In this document: one piece after another, positions 46,471 through 55,417 of the stretch
How the letters are laid out: the number at the start of each line of letters is the position of its first letter
Position numbering within the stretch: the stretch's first letter is position 1
Source of the DNA: a virus
Lineage: Duplodnaviria; Caudoviricetes
Virus record (IMG/VR): IMGVR_UViG_3300028571_001115
Span: 1-60,313 of that record
Length of the DNA: 60,313 bases
Strand: one strand, 5' to 3'
Notes under the pieces: generated by a model
What the model was told of the DNA's origin: nothing
What the model saw: the letters and a program-made list of their open reading frames with translations, nothing else
Database searches by the model: none
Made by a program: the position numbers and the translations under genes

Positions 46471-47120
46471 CGAAACTCGGGGGCAAACGGAATTTCATCC
46501 TGTTTGAATTGGGCACCACCACCATAACCGCCCTGTGGCGCGCCCTGTGGGGCTCCCTGTGGCGGTCCCTGGGGCGCGCCTTGAGGTGCCCCGCCGCCAT
46601 GGTAGCCACCACCACCACCATAACCGCCCTGTGGCGCGCCCTGTGGGGCTCCCTGTGGCGGTCCTGCGTAGCCGGGTGAGGTCTGGTAGCCCTGGGCAGG
46701 CTGTGGACGCTGCTGCGGAAGTGGTGCGCCGTATCCTTGTGGCTGGCCCTGCGGAGGAGGTGCGCCGTACCCACCCGCCTGCTGTGGAGGTGGTGCGCCA
46801 TAACCGCCGCCCTGCTGAGCGCCATTCTGCGGTGGCGCGATATCGCCGACCTGGATCGAGAGATAAAGGCCCTGGTCGCGGAACAGCGCTTGGGCTGCGG
46901 CAACCTTGGCCGGGCCGTGTGGGTCGTCTTTCGCGTGATTGATCCAGATGTCGAGCCAACGACCCGTACCGTCTGGGTGCTTGAGCACACCGTTTAAATC
47001 GCGGTGCGCGGCCTGTTCTTTCTTTTTGTTCCAAGAGCTGGAGCCCTTGAGGAAGCTCGGTGGGCGCTGCTGCTGCTGACCTTGGCCGTATCCGCCGCCG
47101 TTTCCGTTGCCGTAGGACAT
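46467..47120 (-). CDS. Putative single-stranded DNA-binding protein
   Basis: G/P/Q-rich linker and DEIPF acidic tip; adjacent to helicase. Confidence 0.55.
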   Translation of the reverse strand: MSYGNGNGGGYGQGQQQQRPPSFLKGSSSWNKKKEQAAHRDLNGVLKHPDGTGRWLDIWINHAKDDPHGPAKVAAAQALFRDQGLYLSIQVGDIAPPQNGAQQGGGYGAPPPQQAGGYGAPPPQGQPQGYGAPLPQQRPQPAQGYQTSPGYAGPPQGAPQGAPQGGYGGGGGYHGGGAPQGAPQGPPQGAPQGAPQGGYGGGAQFKQDEIPFAPEFR

Positions 47121-47186
47121 GTTTGATCTCCGTTATGGTCCGTTAGAGGTTGATAGTATGCATGTAAACCGTGAGTTGACAAGGGG

Positions 47187-48968
47187 CTAAAACTCGCAGC
47201 CCACAACATTGAGCCAGCCGGTTTTATTGATCCTGGCCATGAGGCGTCGTGGCGACCGCAATTCGCCGAGGCGGCTCATGGCTTCCTGGCTGGTTGCGGG
47301 CGGACGCAGGTTGGACCGCTGACGCCACCACTGCTCGGCCTTGCGGCGTGCCCAGTGCGTCATGAAGCCCAGTTCGTCGCGGGCGTCGAAATCCACGATC
47401 TCGGACACCTGGACGACCTGACCCTTGGTGTCGTCGCAGGCGTAAACGATCTTCATGAGCGGGTTGCCGTCTTTGGTCCGGATGACCGTCACGTCGGCTC
47501 GAATGACCGCGAACTCGAATGTCTCAGATGCCTCCGTCACGATCTTGGTGACGCCGCCCTGCTTGATCAGCTTGGCCTCGCGGTCGGGGGGCTCGCCACC
47601 TGCGCCAAAAGGCTCACCGCAGTTGCTGCAGACCTTGCTGCTAAGCGCATTGATTGCATCACAACTGCCGCAGGTCTTCGTGATCGCCTCGTCTTCCTCG
47701 CCCGGCTTCTTGCGGCCCTTGCGGATGCCGGTGATCTGGTCGATGAGGCCATGCGCGGCGATGTTTTGCGCATAATCAAGCACATAACAGACCGGCTTGC
47801 CGTTGGTTGCGATGGCGTTGAGGCGACCTTCGCGGGTGTCCTCGCCGCGCAGCATGACGGCAGCGTAATCGCCGTACATCGGGCGGGTGCCGCGACCCAG
47901 CATCTGAACAAGCAGGCCAGGGCTCATGGTCGATCTGGCCAGCACGATAAGATCAATGCCGGGCGCGTCGAAGCCGGTGGTCAGAACCGCCATGTTGACG
48001 AGGCATTCCAGCACGCCCGTTTTGAAGTCGCTGATCATACGCTCGCGATCGTGCTGCGGCGTGTCGGCGTGCAGGTATGCGGCGCGGATGCCCGCGCGCT
48101 GATAAAGTGCGCACAACCTCGCGGCATGGTCGACGGTGACCCCGAAGACCAACATCGAGCGCAGGCCCTTGAGCCTAAAGAAGGCGACACTCTCGTCGAC
48201 GATCGCGCGGTTTAATGGATCGGTGTTCTGGGTCTCATCGAGGCGCTTCTGATTGTACTCTCCTGCCACCATCGCGCCGGGACCGGTCGGCGTTTCCAGT
48301 TTCGTGGCCGTGGCCATGCCAACGAGGCGCGTCAGGTAGCCCTCCGAGAACAGCCGAAGGATCGGCAACTCGTAGCTGATCGCAGTGAACATCGGGTCAA
48401 ACTCTTTGAAGCCCTCTAGGAGGCTACCCGAGTTGGTCCGGTAGGGTGTCGCGGTCAACCCAACGAGGCGCGCATCGCTGCCGTTGTCGCGCAGCTTGCG
48501 CAGCAGGTCGTGGTACTGACCCTGGTCAACGTGAGGCACGAGATGCGCCTCATCCACGAGCACGAGCCCGACGCTTCGAAACTGCTCGGCAACGCGGGCG
48601 ATCGACTGCACGCTCGCGAATGTGATGTCGCAGCGCTTGTCTTTGCGGCCCAGGCCCGCGCTGTAGATACCGGCATAGGCGTGTGGGCAGATCCGGCGAA
48701 ACGCCTTGTAATTTTGCTCGACCAGTTCGCCGACGTGGGTGACGACCAGGACCCGCTTGCGGGGATTGGCTGCCATGTAGCGGTTCGCGATCATGGCCAG
48801 GATGATCGATTTACCTCCGCCGGTCGGAATCACGACGAGCGGGGCCGCCGTCGGGTCCTCCGCCAGCACCTGCAGGGTGGCTTCGACCGCCTCGGCCTGG
48901 AATGGCCGCAGGCGTACGGACATCGCGGTTTGCGATACGCCCGTTCTCAATGCCGCCACTGCCGTCAT
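47187..48968 (-). CDS. SF2 DEAH helicase (RadD/UvsW-like) with Zn finger
   Basis: LRPFQ, PTGGGKS, VDEAH, GLTATPYR, LTTGFDAP, QMLGRGTR, CxxC..CxxC. Confidence 0.92.
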   Translation of the reverse strand: MTAVAALRTGVSQTAMSVRLRPFQAEAVEATLQVLAEDPTAAPLVVIPTGGGKSIILAMIANRYMAANPRKRVLVVTHVGELVEQNYKAFRRICPHAYAGIYSAGLGRKDKRCDITFASVQSIARVAEQFRSVGLVLVDEAHLVPHVDQGQYHDLLRKLRDNGSDARLVGLTATPYRTNSGSLLEGFKEFDPMFTAISYELPILRLFSEGYLTRLVGMATATKLETPTGPGAMVAGEYNQKRLDETQNTDPLNRAIVDESVAFFRLKGLRSMLVFGVTVDHAARLCALYQRAGIRAAYLHADTPQHDRERMISDFKTGVLECLVNMAVLTTGFDAPGIDLIVLARSTMSPGLLVQMLGRGTRPMYGDYAAVMLRGEDTREGRLNAIATNGKPVCYVLDYAQNIAAHGLIDQITGIRKGRKKPGEEDEAITKTCGSCDAINALSSKVCSNCGEPFGAGGEPPDREAKLIKQGGVTKIVTEASETFEFAVIRADVTVIRTKDGNPLMKIVYACDDTKGQVVQVSEIVDFDARDELGFMTHWARRKAEQWWRQRSNLRPPATSQEAMSRLGELRSPRRLMARINKTGWLNVVGCEF

Positions 48969-49043
48969 CCGTCTGCCTCCCTGCTTAGTCAGTGATCATC
49001 TACAGCATCATAAGCGCAGTGTCAACCCTTAGTGGACGGGCGA

Positions 49044-50537
49044 TCAAGCCTCATCGTGAAATTCGATGAAATTGTAGGACGACGATCCATCATGATAATC
49101 GAACTTCATGGTCGCGCACGCGCCGAAGCGCTTGACGTCCTTGGTTTTTGACTTCTTGACGTAGCACATCGACGACTTCGGTGAGGGCCGGAACACCACG
49201 AATCCCTGGTCCGCCTTGTTGTTCCAGGCCGAAGCGCCAGCCACGTCATACAGGTTCATCTTGTCGATGTCGGTCTTCTTGCCGCCCTCGGCATTTGGGT
49301 GGGCGACGATGAAGATTGTGAGGCCGTACTTGCGCGCCAGCTTTTTGATGTATTTCAGCGCTGCGTTGGTGTAGACCGCCTCGCTTTCGCCGCGTCCCCA
49401 GATGTGCTCAAGCTCGTTCCACGGGTCGAGGATCAGCCACCGGCAGCCGTGCCGGGTCGCGGCCTCCTTCACGAGGTTGGTCAGCGAGTCGATGGTGATC
49501 TCGTCATCCTCGGGAGGCGAGATCGTAACGAACATCTGGTGCACCCAACGCTCAGCAAAACCACGCAAGCGAAGCGCGTCGCCGCTCAGATCGCCCTGCG
49601 GAACACCACAGCCGAAGCGAATACCAAAACTGACGAGTGCCTCGCGGTTTTTCTGGGGTGTGTCCTCAAGCTGAATGACCGCGCCACGCAACCCATAATC
49701 GCGCGCGAGGTTGGCCCCAACATTCAACACCCACTGGCTCTTGCCCGATCCCGGCGGGCCGGTGACGATGATCAGCTCCGGCGGCGAGATCTTGATCACC
49801 GGATCCAGCTCGGGCCAGCCTGAGCAGAACACGTCACCCTCCGGCAAGTCGGGGATGTCGTAATAGCTGACCAGCTCGTTCGGCACCATCGGCTTGGAGC
49901 TGGCCAGCACCCGCTTCAGACCCTCGACACCGAGCGCCTGGGTGACGTCGTTGGCGTCCTTGCAGCCCGATGGCCACGCAACCTGCCAGCAGCGCGTGCG
50001 GTCGAGCCGGATCGCCAACTCAGCCCGCAGATTGTTCCCTGCCGCGTCGCCGTCGACAGCCAGAATAATCTTCTTGAACCGAGCCAACTCAGGCAGCAGT
50101 TTGCCGTCCTTCCACAGGTACGAGAACGCCGTGTCGCGATCGGGATCAATCTTTCCTGCGCCAGCCTTGGCCGGTGCGCCGTTCGGCACCGAAACCACGT
50201 ACACCGCCCCCGTCATCAGTACCGACAAAGCGTCGATCTCCCCCTCCGTGATCACCAGGGTCATCGACGGCGCGTCCGGCACCCGCAACGAGTCCTCGTT
50301 CCACAGGATCAGCGGCTGGCCGCTCGGCTCGATGAAGAACTTCTTCTCCGGTGCCCGGCACTTCGCGAACTTCGGTGCCCCGCGCTGCTGGAACACGAAC
50401 GCGAGAGCCGGACCCCTGCTGTGGACGCCATACGCTGCCGCCAGAGCCGGATCCACGCCACGCCCGGCCAGCCATTGAGCGTGAGCCTGAGAAAGCTGGG
50501 GTGTCTGGGGAGCGCCGTCCATTTGTGTCCTCATCAA
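49044..50537 (-). CDS. Primase-helicase (TOPRIM + DnaB/gp4-like helicase)
   Basis: ITEGEIDALS, SVPNGA, DGDAAG, KDAND, TGPPGSGKS, ILDPWN, VAHP. Confidence 0.9.
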   Translation of the reverse strand: MMRTQMDGAPQTPQLSQAHAQWLAGRGVDPALAAAYGVHSRGPALAFVFQQRGAPKFAKCRAPEKKFFIEPSGQPLILWNEDSLRVPDAPSMTLVITEGEIDALSVLMTGAVYVVSVPNGAPAKAGAGKIDPDRDTAFSYLWKDGKLLPELARFKKIILAVDGDAAGNNLRAELAIRLDRTRCWQVAWPSGCKDANDVTQALGVEGLKRVLASSKPMVPNELVSYYDIPDLPEGDVFCSGWPELDPVIKISPPELIIVTGPPGSGKSQWVLNVGANLARDYGLRGAVIQLEDTPQKNREALVSFGIRFGCGVPQGDLSGDALRLRGFAERWVHQMFVTISPPEDDEITIDSLTNLVKEAATRHGCRWLILDPWNELEHIWGRGESEAVYTNAALKYIKKLARKYGLTIFIVAHPNAEGGKKTDIDKMNLYDVAGASAWNNKADQGFVVFRPSPKSSMCYVKKSKTKDVKRFGACATMKFDYHDGSSSYNFIEFHDEA

Positions 50538-50739
50538 AAAACCTTGCCGCTTGCCATCCGCAGTGGTGGCAGTTGAACCGAACGCCCCGCTCGTCGATCA
50601 GAACGGACAAACATTTTTTCTTGGAGCCCTCAGCGCTCCGCAGGTCGGAACACTGAGGGCAGGTGCAATACTGGGCTCCTGAGCCGTAGTGCCGGAGCTG
50701 AACGCGCTCGGCATGACACAGGTCGAACGCGTTCAGCAT
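50146..50739 (-). CDS. Primase zinc-binding domain (about the first 70 aa)
   Basis: CPQCS--R...CLSV...FNCHHCGW; remainder overlaps next gene out of frame. Confidence 0.75.
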   Translation of the reverse strand: MLNAFDLCHAERVQLRHYGSGAQYCTCPQCSDLRSAEGSKKKCLSVLIDERGVRFNCHHCGWQAARFFDEDTNGRRSPDTPAFSGSRSMAGRAWRGSGSGGSVWRPQQGSGSRVRVPAARGTEVREVPGTGEEVLHRAERPAADPVERGLVAGAGRAVDDPGDHGGGDRRFVGTDDGGGVRGFGAERRTGQGWRRKD

Positions 50740-51173
50740 CAGAACTTGTCCTTCTCGGCTATGGCTGCCCTTGCCGCGCTGGCCCGGGCAATCACCTCGT
50801 CAGAGTTGCGCTTGTTGATCTCATCGGTCTTGGCCTTCGCAGCAGCCGACTCGATCTCGACCCGAGCTGCCGCCAGGGTGCGAAGGCTCAAGGCCACAGA
50901 TGGGAACACGCTGGGATCCTCGACCGTCGTCACGATATGGCGCGCCGATACGCTCAACTCCTCGTCGGTGTAGCCGATCAGGTGAGCGGCATAGGCGTGC
51001 TGCCACTTGGCCATCGGCTTGAAGTCGATGTCGGCACCGCTGCCGGTCGGCTTAGCGTGCTCGGGGATCGCGAAGAACTCGCGCAAGGGGGCAAGGAACG
51101 CGTCGATTACCCGCTTGCGATTATCGTGCCCGGCGCTGTCGATGGTGGGCATCCGCTTAAGTTCAAACTTCAT
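50739..51173 (-). CDS. Hypothetical replication-module protein
   Basis: Position between initiator and primase. Confidence 0.55.
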   Translation of the reverse strand: MKFELKRMPTIDSAGHDNRKRVIDAFLAPLREFFAIPEHAKPTGSGADIDFKPMAKWQHAYAAHLIGYTDEELSVSARHIVTTVEDPSVFPSVALSLRTLAAARVEIESAAAKAKTDEINKRNSDEVIARASAARAAIAEKDKF

Positions 51174-51177
51174 CCGA

Positions 51178-52173
51178 TCAATCCTCGTAGATCATATTGC
51201 TGGTTGCTTCGTCTGCCCTGGTCCAGTCGATAGGTGGACCAGCCTCGGCCTTCTTTTTCGCGGCAGCGTCACGCGCCAGCTTGCGGTTGCTCGCCTCCTT
51301 CCAGAGGGCAGCGACTGGATCCTTCGGTGGGTCTTTCCGCCTGCACCATGGCCCCACCTGCTCGACCCAGGCCTCCAGCGTCACCGCCGGGCCAAACCTA
51401 CGCATGACCCCGGCAACGACAGCAGCGGCCTCGAACTCGGTGCAAGCCTTGGCACCCATCACCACAGCCAGGACCGTGCCAGTGTTGCCGTTGAAGATCT
51501 TCTTCACGAAGGTGCGCTCGTCGCGAGCCCCGCCACGTGGACGATCAGCAGGCGCATCTTCAGCCGATTGACCGTCAGTAGTCGGAGCATGAGATTTGCT
51601 CCGCTTTTGAGTGTCCCTGGTTTCAGTAACTGACGAAGGATCTAAGGCAACGGCGAAATAGTCCTGCTGATAGTCCTGGATAAAGTCCTGTATATAAGAG
51701 GATGTCCTAAAATCCGGTCGACCGCTGTCCTGATTTCCGGACACAGGTCGACCGGATTTCCGGCTGTCCGGATTTCCGGCTGTCCGCTTTTCCTGTTGTC
51801 CGGTATTTAGGACGGCCAACTCGGTTGCTGGAGCAACTGAACGCTTGAGATTGGCCAGGGGGAGTAGTTCGTTGGTGATACGTTCCATCCGCTCAGCCGT
51901 CATCGGCATGCGGTAGGATGCTGGTCGGTTTGGTGTCCGCTTGATGATGAGGTGCCCGGCCTCAACGGCCTCTTTTAGGGCTGCTGAGACACGTTGCCGG
52001 TGATTGGCATCCAGGGCCTGCACGAGCCGCTCGACATCCACGTTTTCGAGCTTGCGTGTTTCTTTGTCGACGTTAAGCCGGATCAACGCCGTCAGCACTT
52101 TCGCACGGTCTCCCATCTCAGGGTCGACCAGGATCGCGCGTAGCTCATCCAGTATCTGGATCTCGTTACTCAT
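51178..52173 (-). CDS. Replication initiator-like protein (lambda O-type organisation)
   Basis: N-terminal winged-helix-like region and internal iteron cluster. Confidence 0.65.
   Translation of the reverse strand: MSNEIQILDELRAILVDPEMGDRAKVLTALIRLNVDKETRKLENVDVERLVQALDANHRQRVSAALKEAVEAGHLIIKRTPNRPASYRMPMTAERMERITNELLPLANLKRSVAPATELAVLNTGQQEKRTAGNPDSRKSGRPVSGNQDSGRPDFRTSSYIQDFIQDYQQDYFAVALDPSSVTETRDTQKRSKSHAPTTDGQSAEDAPADRPRGGARDERTFVKKIFNGNTGTVLAVVMGAKACTEFEAAAVVAGVMRRFGPAVTLEAWVEQVGPWCRRKDPPKDPVAALWKEASNRKLARDAAAKKKAEAGPPIDWTRADEATSNMIYED
51703..51813. repeat. Iteron cluster / putative replication origin
   Basis: About six copies related to GTCCGGATTTCCGGAC, next to an AT-richer tract. 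Confidence 0.7.
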
Positions 52174-52380
52174 TGGCTGCCACTCTTTGTCTCTCCATAG
52201 TTGACGTCTAGGCGCAGCTTTTCCGCCCGCAAAAAAACTGTTGCGAGAGCGATCGAATTATGTTTTATGGGAGTTGCGACGCTCCCCATCACCCTCGGCT
52301 GGTCATCACACCGCCGGGGGTTTTTCTTGTGCGCCAGACCATATGATTTGTCAACCATTGACTGACCATGCACAGGCAAC

Positions 52381-52860
52381 TCAGGCCGCTGAATGCCTTT
52401 TTGCACCGGTCGTCTCGGCGATCCGGAGGAGGATCTGCCACTGTTTGGTCGACAGCTTGACCGATGGTCCCCGCTTCATCAGGCTGTTGATAAATTCGTT
52501 TTCCCAGGCATCCATCATGAACCGGTGCTTGTCCGCCCAGCGGATCAGATCCCATGCCTTAAATCCCTGGCAGCTGGCCGTGAACTCGTTGCTGCGTTCA
52601 TACTGGCGGCCAGCCGGGCGCTGTTGCTGCTGGGTCTGTTCATAGCTCCGGCCCGGACCAAAACCGTTCGTAGTCGCGGTGGCCACCGGTTGCGATCGCG
52701 TCGTGAACGCGCGGTACACCAGATCGCTCCAGGTGATCCCGGCCTCGCGCAGGATGCGGGTGGCCATGCGCGCGGCTACCGCGATCTCGCCCTCGTGGTC
52801 TGAGGTGAGCATCCCGGCGAACTTAGCCAGCTTCTCGATTTTCGACTGTTCCACGTCCAC
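52381..52860 (-). CDS. Conserved phage hypothetical protein
   Basis: GML-SDHEGE---AA...W-DL; WE-EFI-S...LS-KQ. Confidence 0.65.
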   Translation of the reverse strand: MDVEQSKIEKLAKFAGMLTSDHEGEIAVAARMATRILREAGITWSDLVYRAFTTRSQPVATATTNGFGPGRSYEQTQQQQRPAGRQYERSNEFTASCQGFKAWDLIRWADKHRFMMDAWENEFINSLMKRGPSVKLSTKQWQILLRIAETTGAKRHSAA

Positions 52861-52866
52861 TCCGGG

Positions 52867-52997
52867 TTGACGGCGGTTCTGGATTGGTGTAATTCATTTT
52901 CAGACGCTGGGCTCCCCCGCACGGCGTCGTCTCCACAGGGTTCCCAGTGCCCTGGCTACCCGGCAGCGTCCAGATCGCTGCCGGGTTTCTCTTTTTT
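52867..52997 (+). ncRNA. Candidate ~95-nt antisense sRNA unit (promoter + terminator)
   Basis: TTGACG-17-TAATTC at 52867-52895; hairpin cccggcagcg/cgctgccggg plus T tail at 52959-52997. Confidence 0.5.
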
Positions 52998-53038
52998 AGG
53001 CCGCCTTTACTGCGACTTTAGGCCGCCTTTACTGCGAC
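52995..53038. repeat. 22-bp tandem duplication over a stop codon
   Basis: tttaggccgcctttactgcgac x2. Confidence 0.9.
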
Positions 53039-54088
53039 TGGCAGCTTGTAGCAGGGGCGGCCATAGGGGTTGGTGATCTTGACGCACCCAGCGGAGAGCA
53101 GCTGCTGGCCGAGCAGGTTTGGTTTGAGAACTGTCCACTTGGTGCGGGCGACCCAACTGGAGTACAGGCTCTGCACCGTGGTCATCGGCAGCGTGTCCGT
53201 GCCCTGGTGCTTGGCCCGCACGTAGTCCAGGAACTCCTGGGCCTGAGCTTTATGCAGGAGGCGGGTCCGCATCGCCTGGGCGTTGGGCACGTACCGCTTA
53301 CCGCCCTTGGTGGTGACTAGCCGCAGATGGGGCATGGTTGTGACCGGCGTTGGCTCATCTGGCTCGGCCTCATCGACCTCCTCCTGGGCTTGCTGGGCTG
53401 GTACCGGCGCGGGGTTTCCCATTAGGGGCGCAATCAGGATTGCGCCAAAAGTCGACAAGGTCTCCAGCACCATCAGGAACGCCAGGATCGCGATCAGGTT
53501 GACCTGTGCGTCCGAGAGATTGCTGTGCTTGACGATGAGGGCCGAAAATGGGTCTGCGTCGCCGGTACCCTTCTCGTCCTTCATCTTGCTGGCCAGGGCG
53601 GCGATCTTGGTCTCGGCCTTGACGATTTCGCCGTCCCAGTACCCGCGCTGAGCCGGTGGCCCGTACAGCTTACTGTCGGTCATCTCGGCGATGCTGGCGG
53701 TGGCGGTGGCGATCTGGGATGCCAGGGAGGCGGTGGCTGCGCCGTCCTTGTCGCGATTGGCCTTGTAGTCGGTCAGGACGCCAGCGATGTAGCCGGTTGC
53801 CGATTTGACCGAGTAGGCCATGCAGAACGGCCAGACCAGTACGCAGACGGCGACGATAGCCCAGTCGCGCTGCCGCCATGCTGCAGCCAAACTCATGGGG
53901 ATAAGTGCCTTGAATATGTCCGCCGCAAGGGCCGCGCCAATGGTGACTGGCGCATGGTGGGAGATCTCGGCGGCGTGGGTGTAGTTGGCCAGGGCGGAGA
54001 CGACCCAGGCGAGTGCCACCGCTGCGGTGATACTGCCACGAAACGCGAGCGTCCCCAGCGTCCAGAGTACGTGGTCGATTTTTGACAT
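53018..54088 (-). CDS. Multi-pass membrane protein with coiled coil and soluble C-terminal domain
   Basis: Three N-terminal TMs, coiled coil, a fourth TM, then a basic domain. Confidence 0.65.
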   Translation of the reverse strand: MSKIDHVLWTLGTLAFRGSITAAVALAWVVSALANYTHAAEISHHAPVTIGAALAADIFKALIPMSLAAAWRQRDWAIVAVCVLVWPFCMAYSVKSATGYIAGVLTDYKANRDKDGAATASLASQIATATASIAEMTDSKLYGPPAQRGYWDGEIVKAETKIAALASKMKDEKGTGDADPFSALIVKHSNLSDAQVNLIAILAFLMVLETLSTFGAILIAPLMGNPAPVPAQQAQEEVDEAEPDEPTPVTTMPHLRLVTTKGGKRYVPNAQAMRTRLLHKAQAQEFLDYVRAKHQGTDTLPMTTVQSLYSSWVARTKWTVLKPNLLGQQLLSAGCVKITNPYGRPCYKLPVAVKAA

Positions 54089-54324
54089 GACGAGTTGCTT
54101 CCCTTGTGCTAAGAGATGATCAAATCGTCAGGTCATGTCGGCCCCCAGGCCCCTAAAACGGACATCTTCCCACGCCCTCACCGCTGGACACGGTGGAGGG
54201 CGTTTCGTTTTTCTGTTTGAGGAAGGCCTCCTCGAACATGGACAGGAACGTCTGCCCCACCATCGTGAACTCGTCGCGCGGGACGTGGCTCTGGCAGAAC
54301 CACGTCCTCACGTTTGTTTTCAAA

Positions 54325-54837
54325 TCACGCAGCGCATAGTTCGCGAACGCGATCCGGCAGACTGAACACATCTCCTGCTTCGGCACCCAAACCTCCCGAG
54401 CCACCCAGGCAGCGCCGGGCATGATCCACGCACCACGACAGACCCATCACCGATGGCTTGCCGCAGTACCGCACGTCGCCGACCGGCTCGCCCGCGATGT
54501 GACGGCACGACGGTGCCACCTCATCGAGATCGTGAATGGAGATAAGGTCATCCCTGAGGGCCTGCTCCATCTCCATTCGCGCCATCGCCGCCGCATGCTG
54601 CACATCTGCCCGCAGGGCAGCAACAGCGAGTTTGGCGACACCGTGCTTGCGGCTTTTGTAGAGCTGATTGCGCGCCTGGTGGCCCCGGCCAATGCCGAGC
54701 CGATCCACCTTTGCCGAAATCATCCCAGTCGTACACCCGTCACCCAGCCGCTCGGCGATGACCTCGTAAATCAGCCCCTCTTGCCTCACCATTCGGGTCA
54801 GTGCTGCGACCCGCTCTTCGGTCCAATATCGTGCCAT
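54325..54837 (-). CDS. gcrA: GcrA-family cell-cycle regulator homologue
   Basis: WTEERVAAL...IAERLG...MISAKVDRLG; ISIHDL...CR---GEP...YCG-P....SWC--H. Confidence 0.85.
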   Translation of the reverse strand: MARYWTEERVAALTRMVRQEGLIYEVIAERLGDGCTTGMISAKVDRLGIGRGHQARNQLYKSRKHGVAKLAVAALRADVQHAAAMARMEMEQALRDDLISIHDLDEVAPSCRHIAGEPVGDVRYCGKPSVMGLSWCVDHARRCLGGSGGLGAEAGDVFSLPDRVRELCAA

Positions 54838-54878
54838 TGCCGTCCCTCCGTTCCTGCTCGATTGAGCAGCAGCAGCAG

Positions 54879-55217
54879 TCAGGCGGCGAGCCCTTCTTTG
54901 ACGTAGTCAAACAACCGTTCGAGATCGGGACGGACTTCGTGGGGTTTGAGCCGCGTCAGCTCGCACACCTGCATAAGGTAGTCTTCAGGTACGGCCTTCC
55001 ACTTGCTGACGTTCTGGCGGGTCAATCCCAGCTGTTTGGCAAGCCACCGATCGGCAACTTCCATCTCGTCAAGCCGTGCGCGCAGCCGATCTAGCCCCTG
55101 CTGACGCAGGCGCTGTTTCAGTGGCACGACCGGCATCTCGTCCGCCTCCGACACCTCGACGGCGTCCAGAGCGGCCTCGATAGCGTCGGCATCCTGTTTT
55201 TTAAGTTTTTTGACCAT
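54879..55217 (-). CDS. Cro-like HTH protein
   Basis: LAKQLGLTRQNVSKW--VP...EVRPDL; divergent from cI. Confidence 0.75.
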   Translation of the reverse strand: MVKKLKKQDADAIEAALDAVEVSEADEMPVVPLKQRLRQQGLDRLRARLDEMEVADRWLAKQLGLTRQNVSKWKAVPEDYLMQVCELTRLKPHEVRPDLERLFDYVKEGLAA

Positions 55218-55417
55218 GCATCCGCCATATCAGGGCGATAGGACTGTGTCAACCTGCAGCTGACTGTCCACTACTGACTGATTGTTTTCAACAAGCAGCA
55301 ACAGCGGAATGTCTGTCTTGAGTCTATATTGTCGACTGTGGCACTGTTTGATCGCTCGCAGGCTGGGGAAACAAATGCCGGTGGGCGTGATTTCTGATCA
55401 TCTTTAGAGGCCCAAAC

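Noticed and set aside
46514-46664. 55-bp direct repeat as a regulatory or att element
   Set aside because: In-frame duplication (offset 96) in the G/P/Q linker of the SSB-like protein
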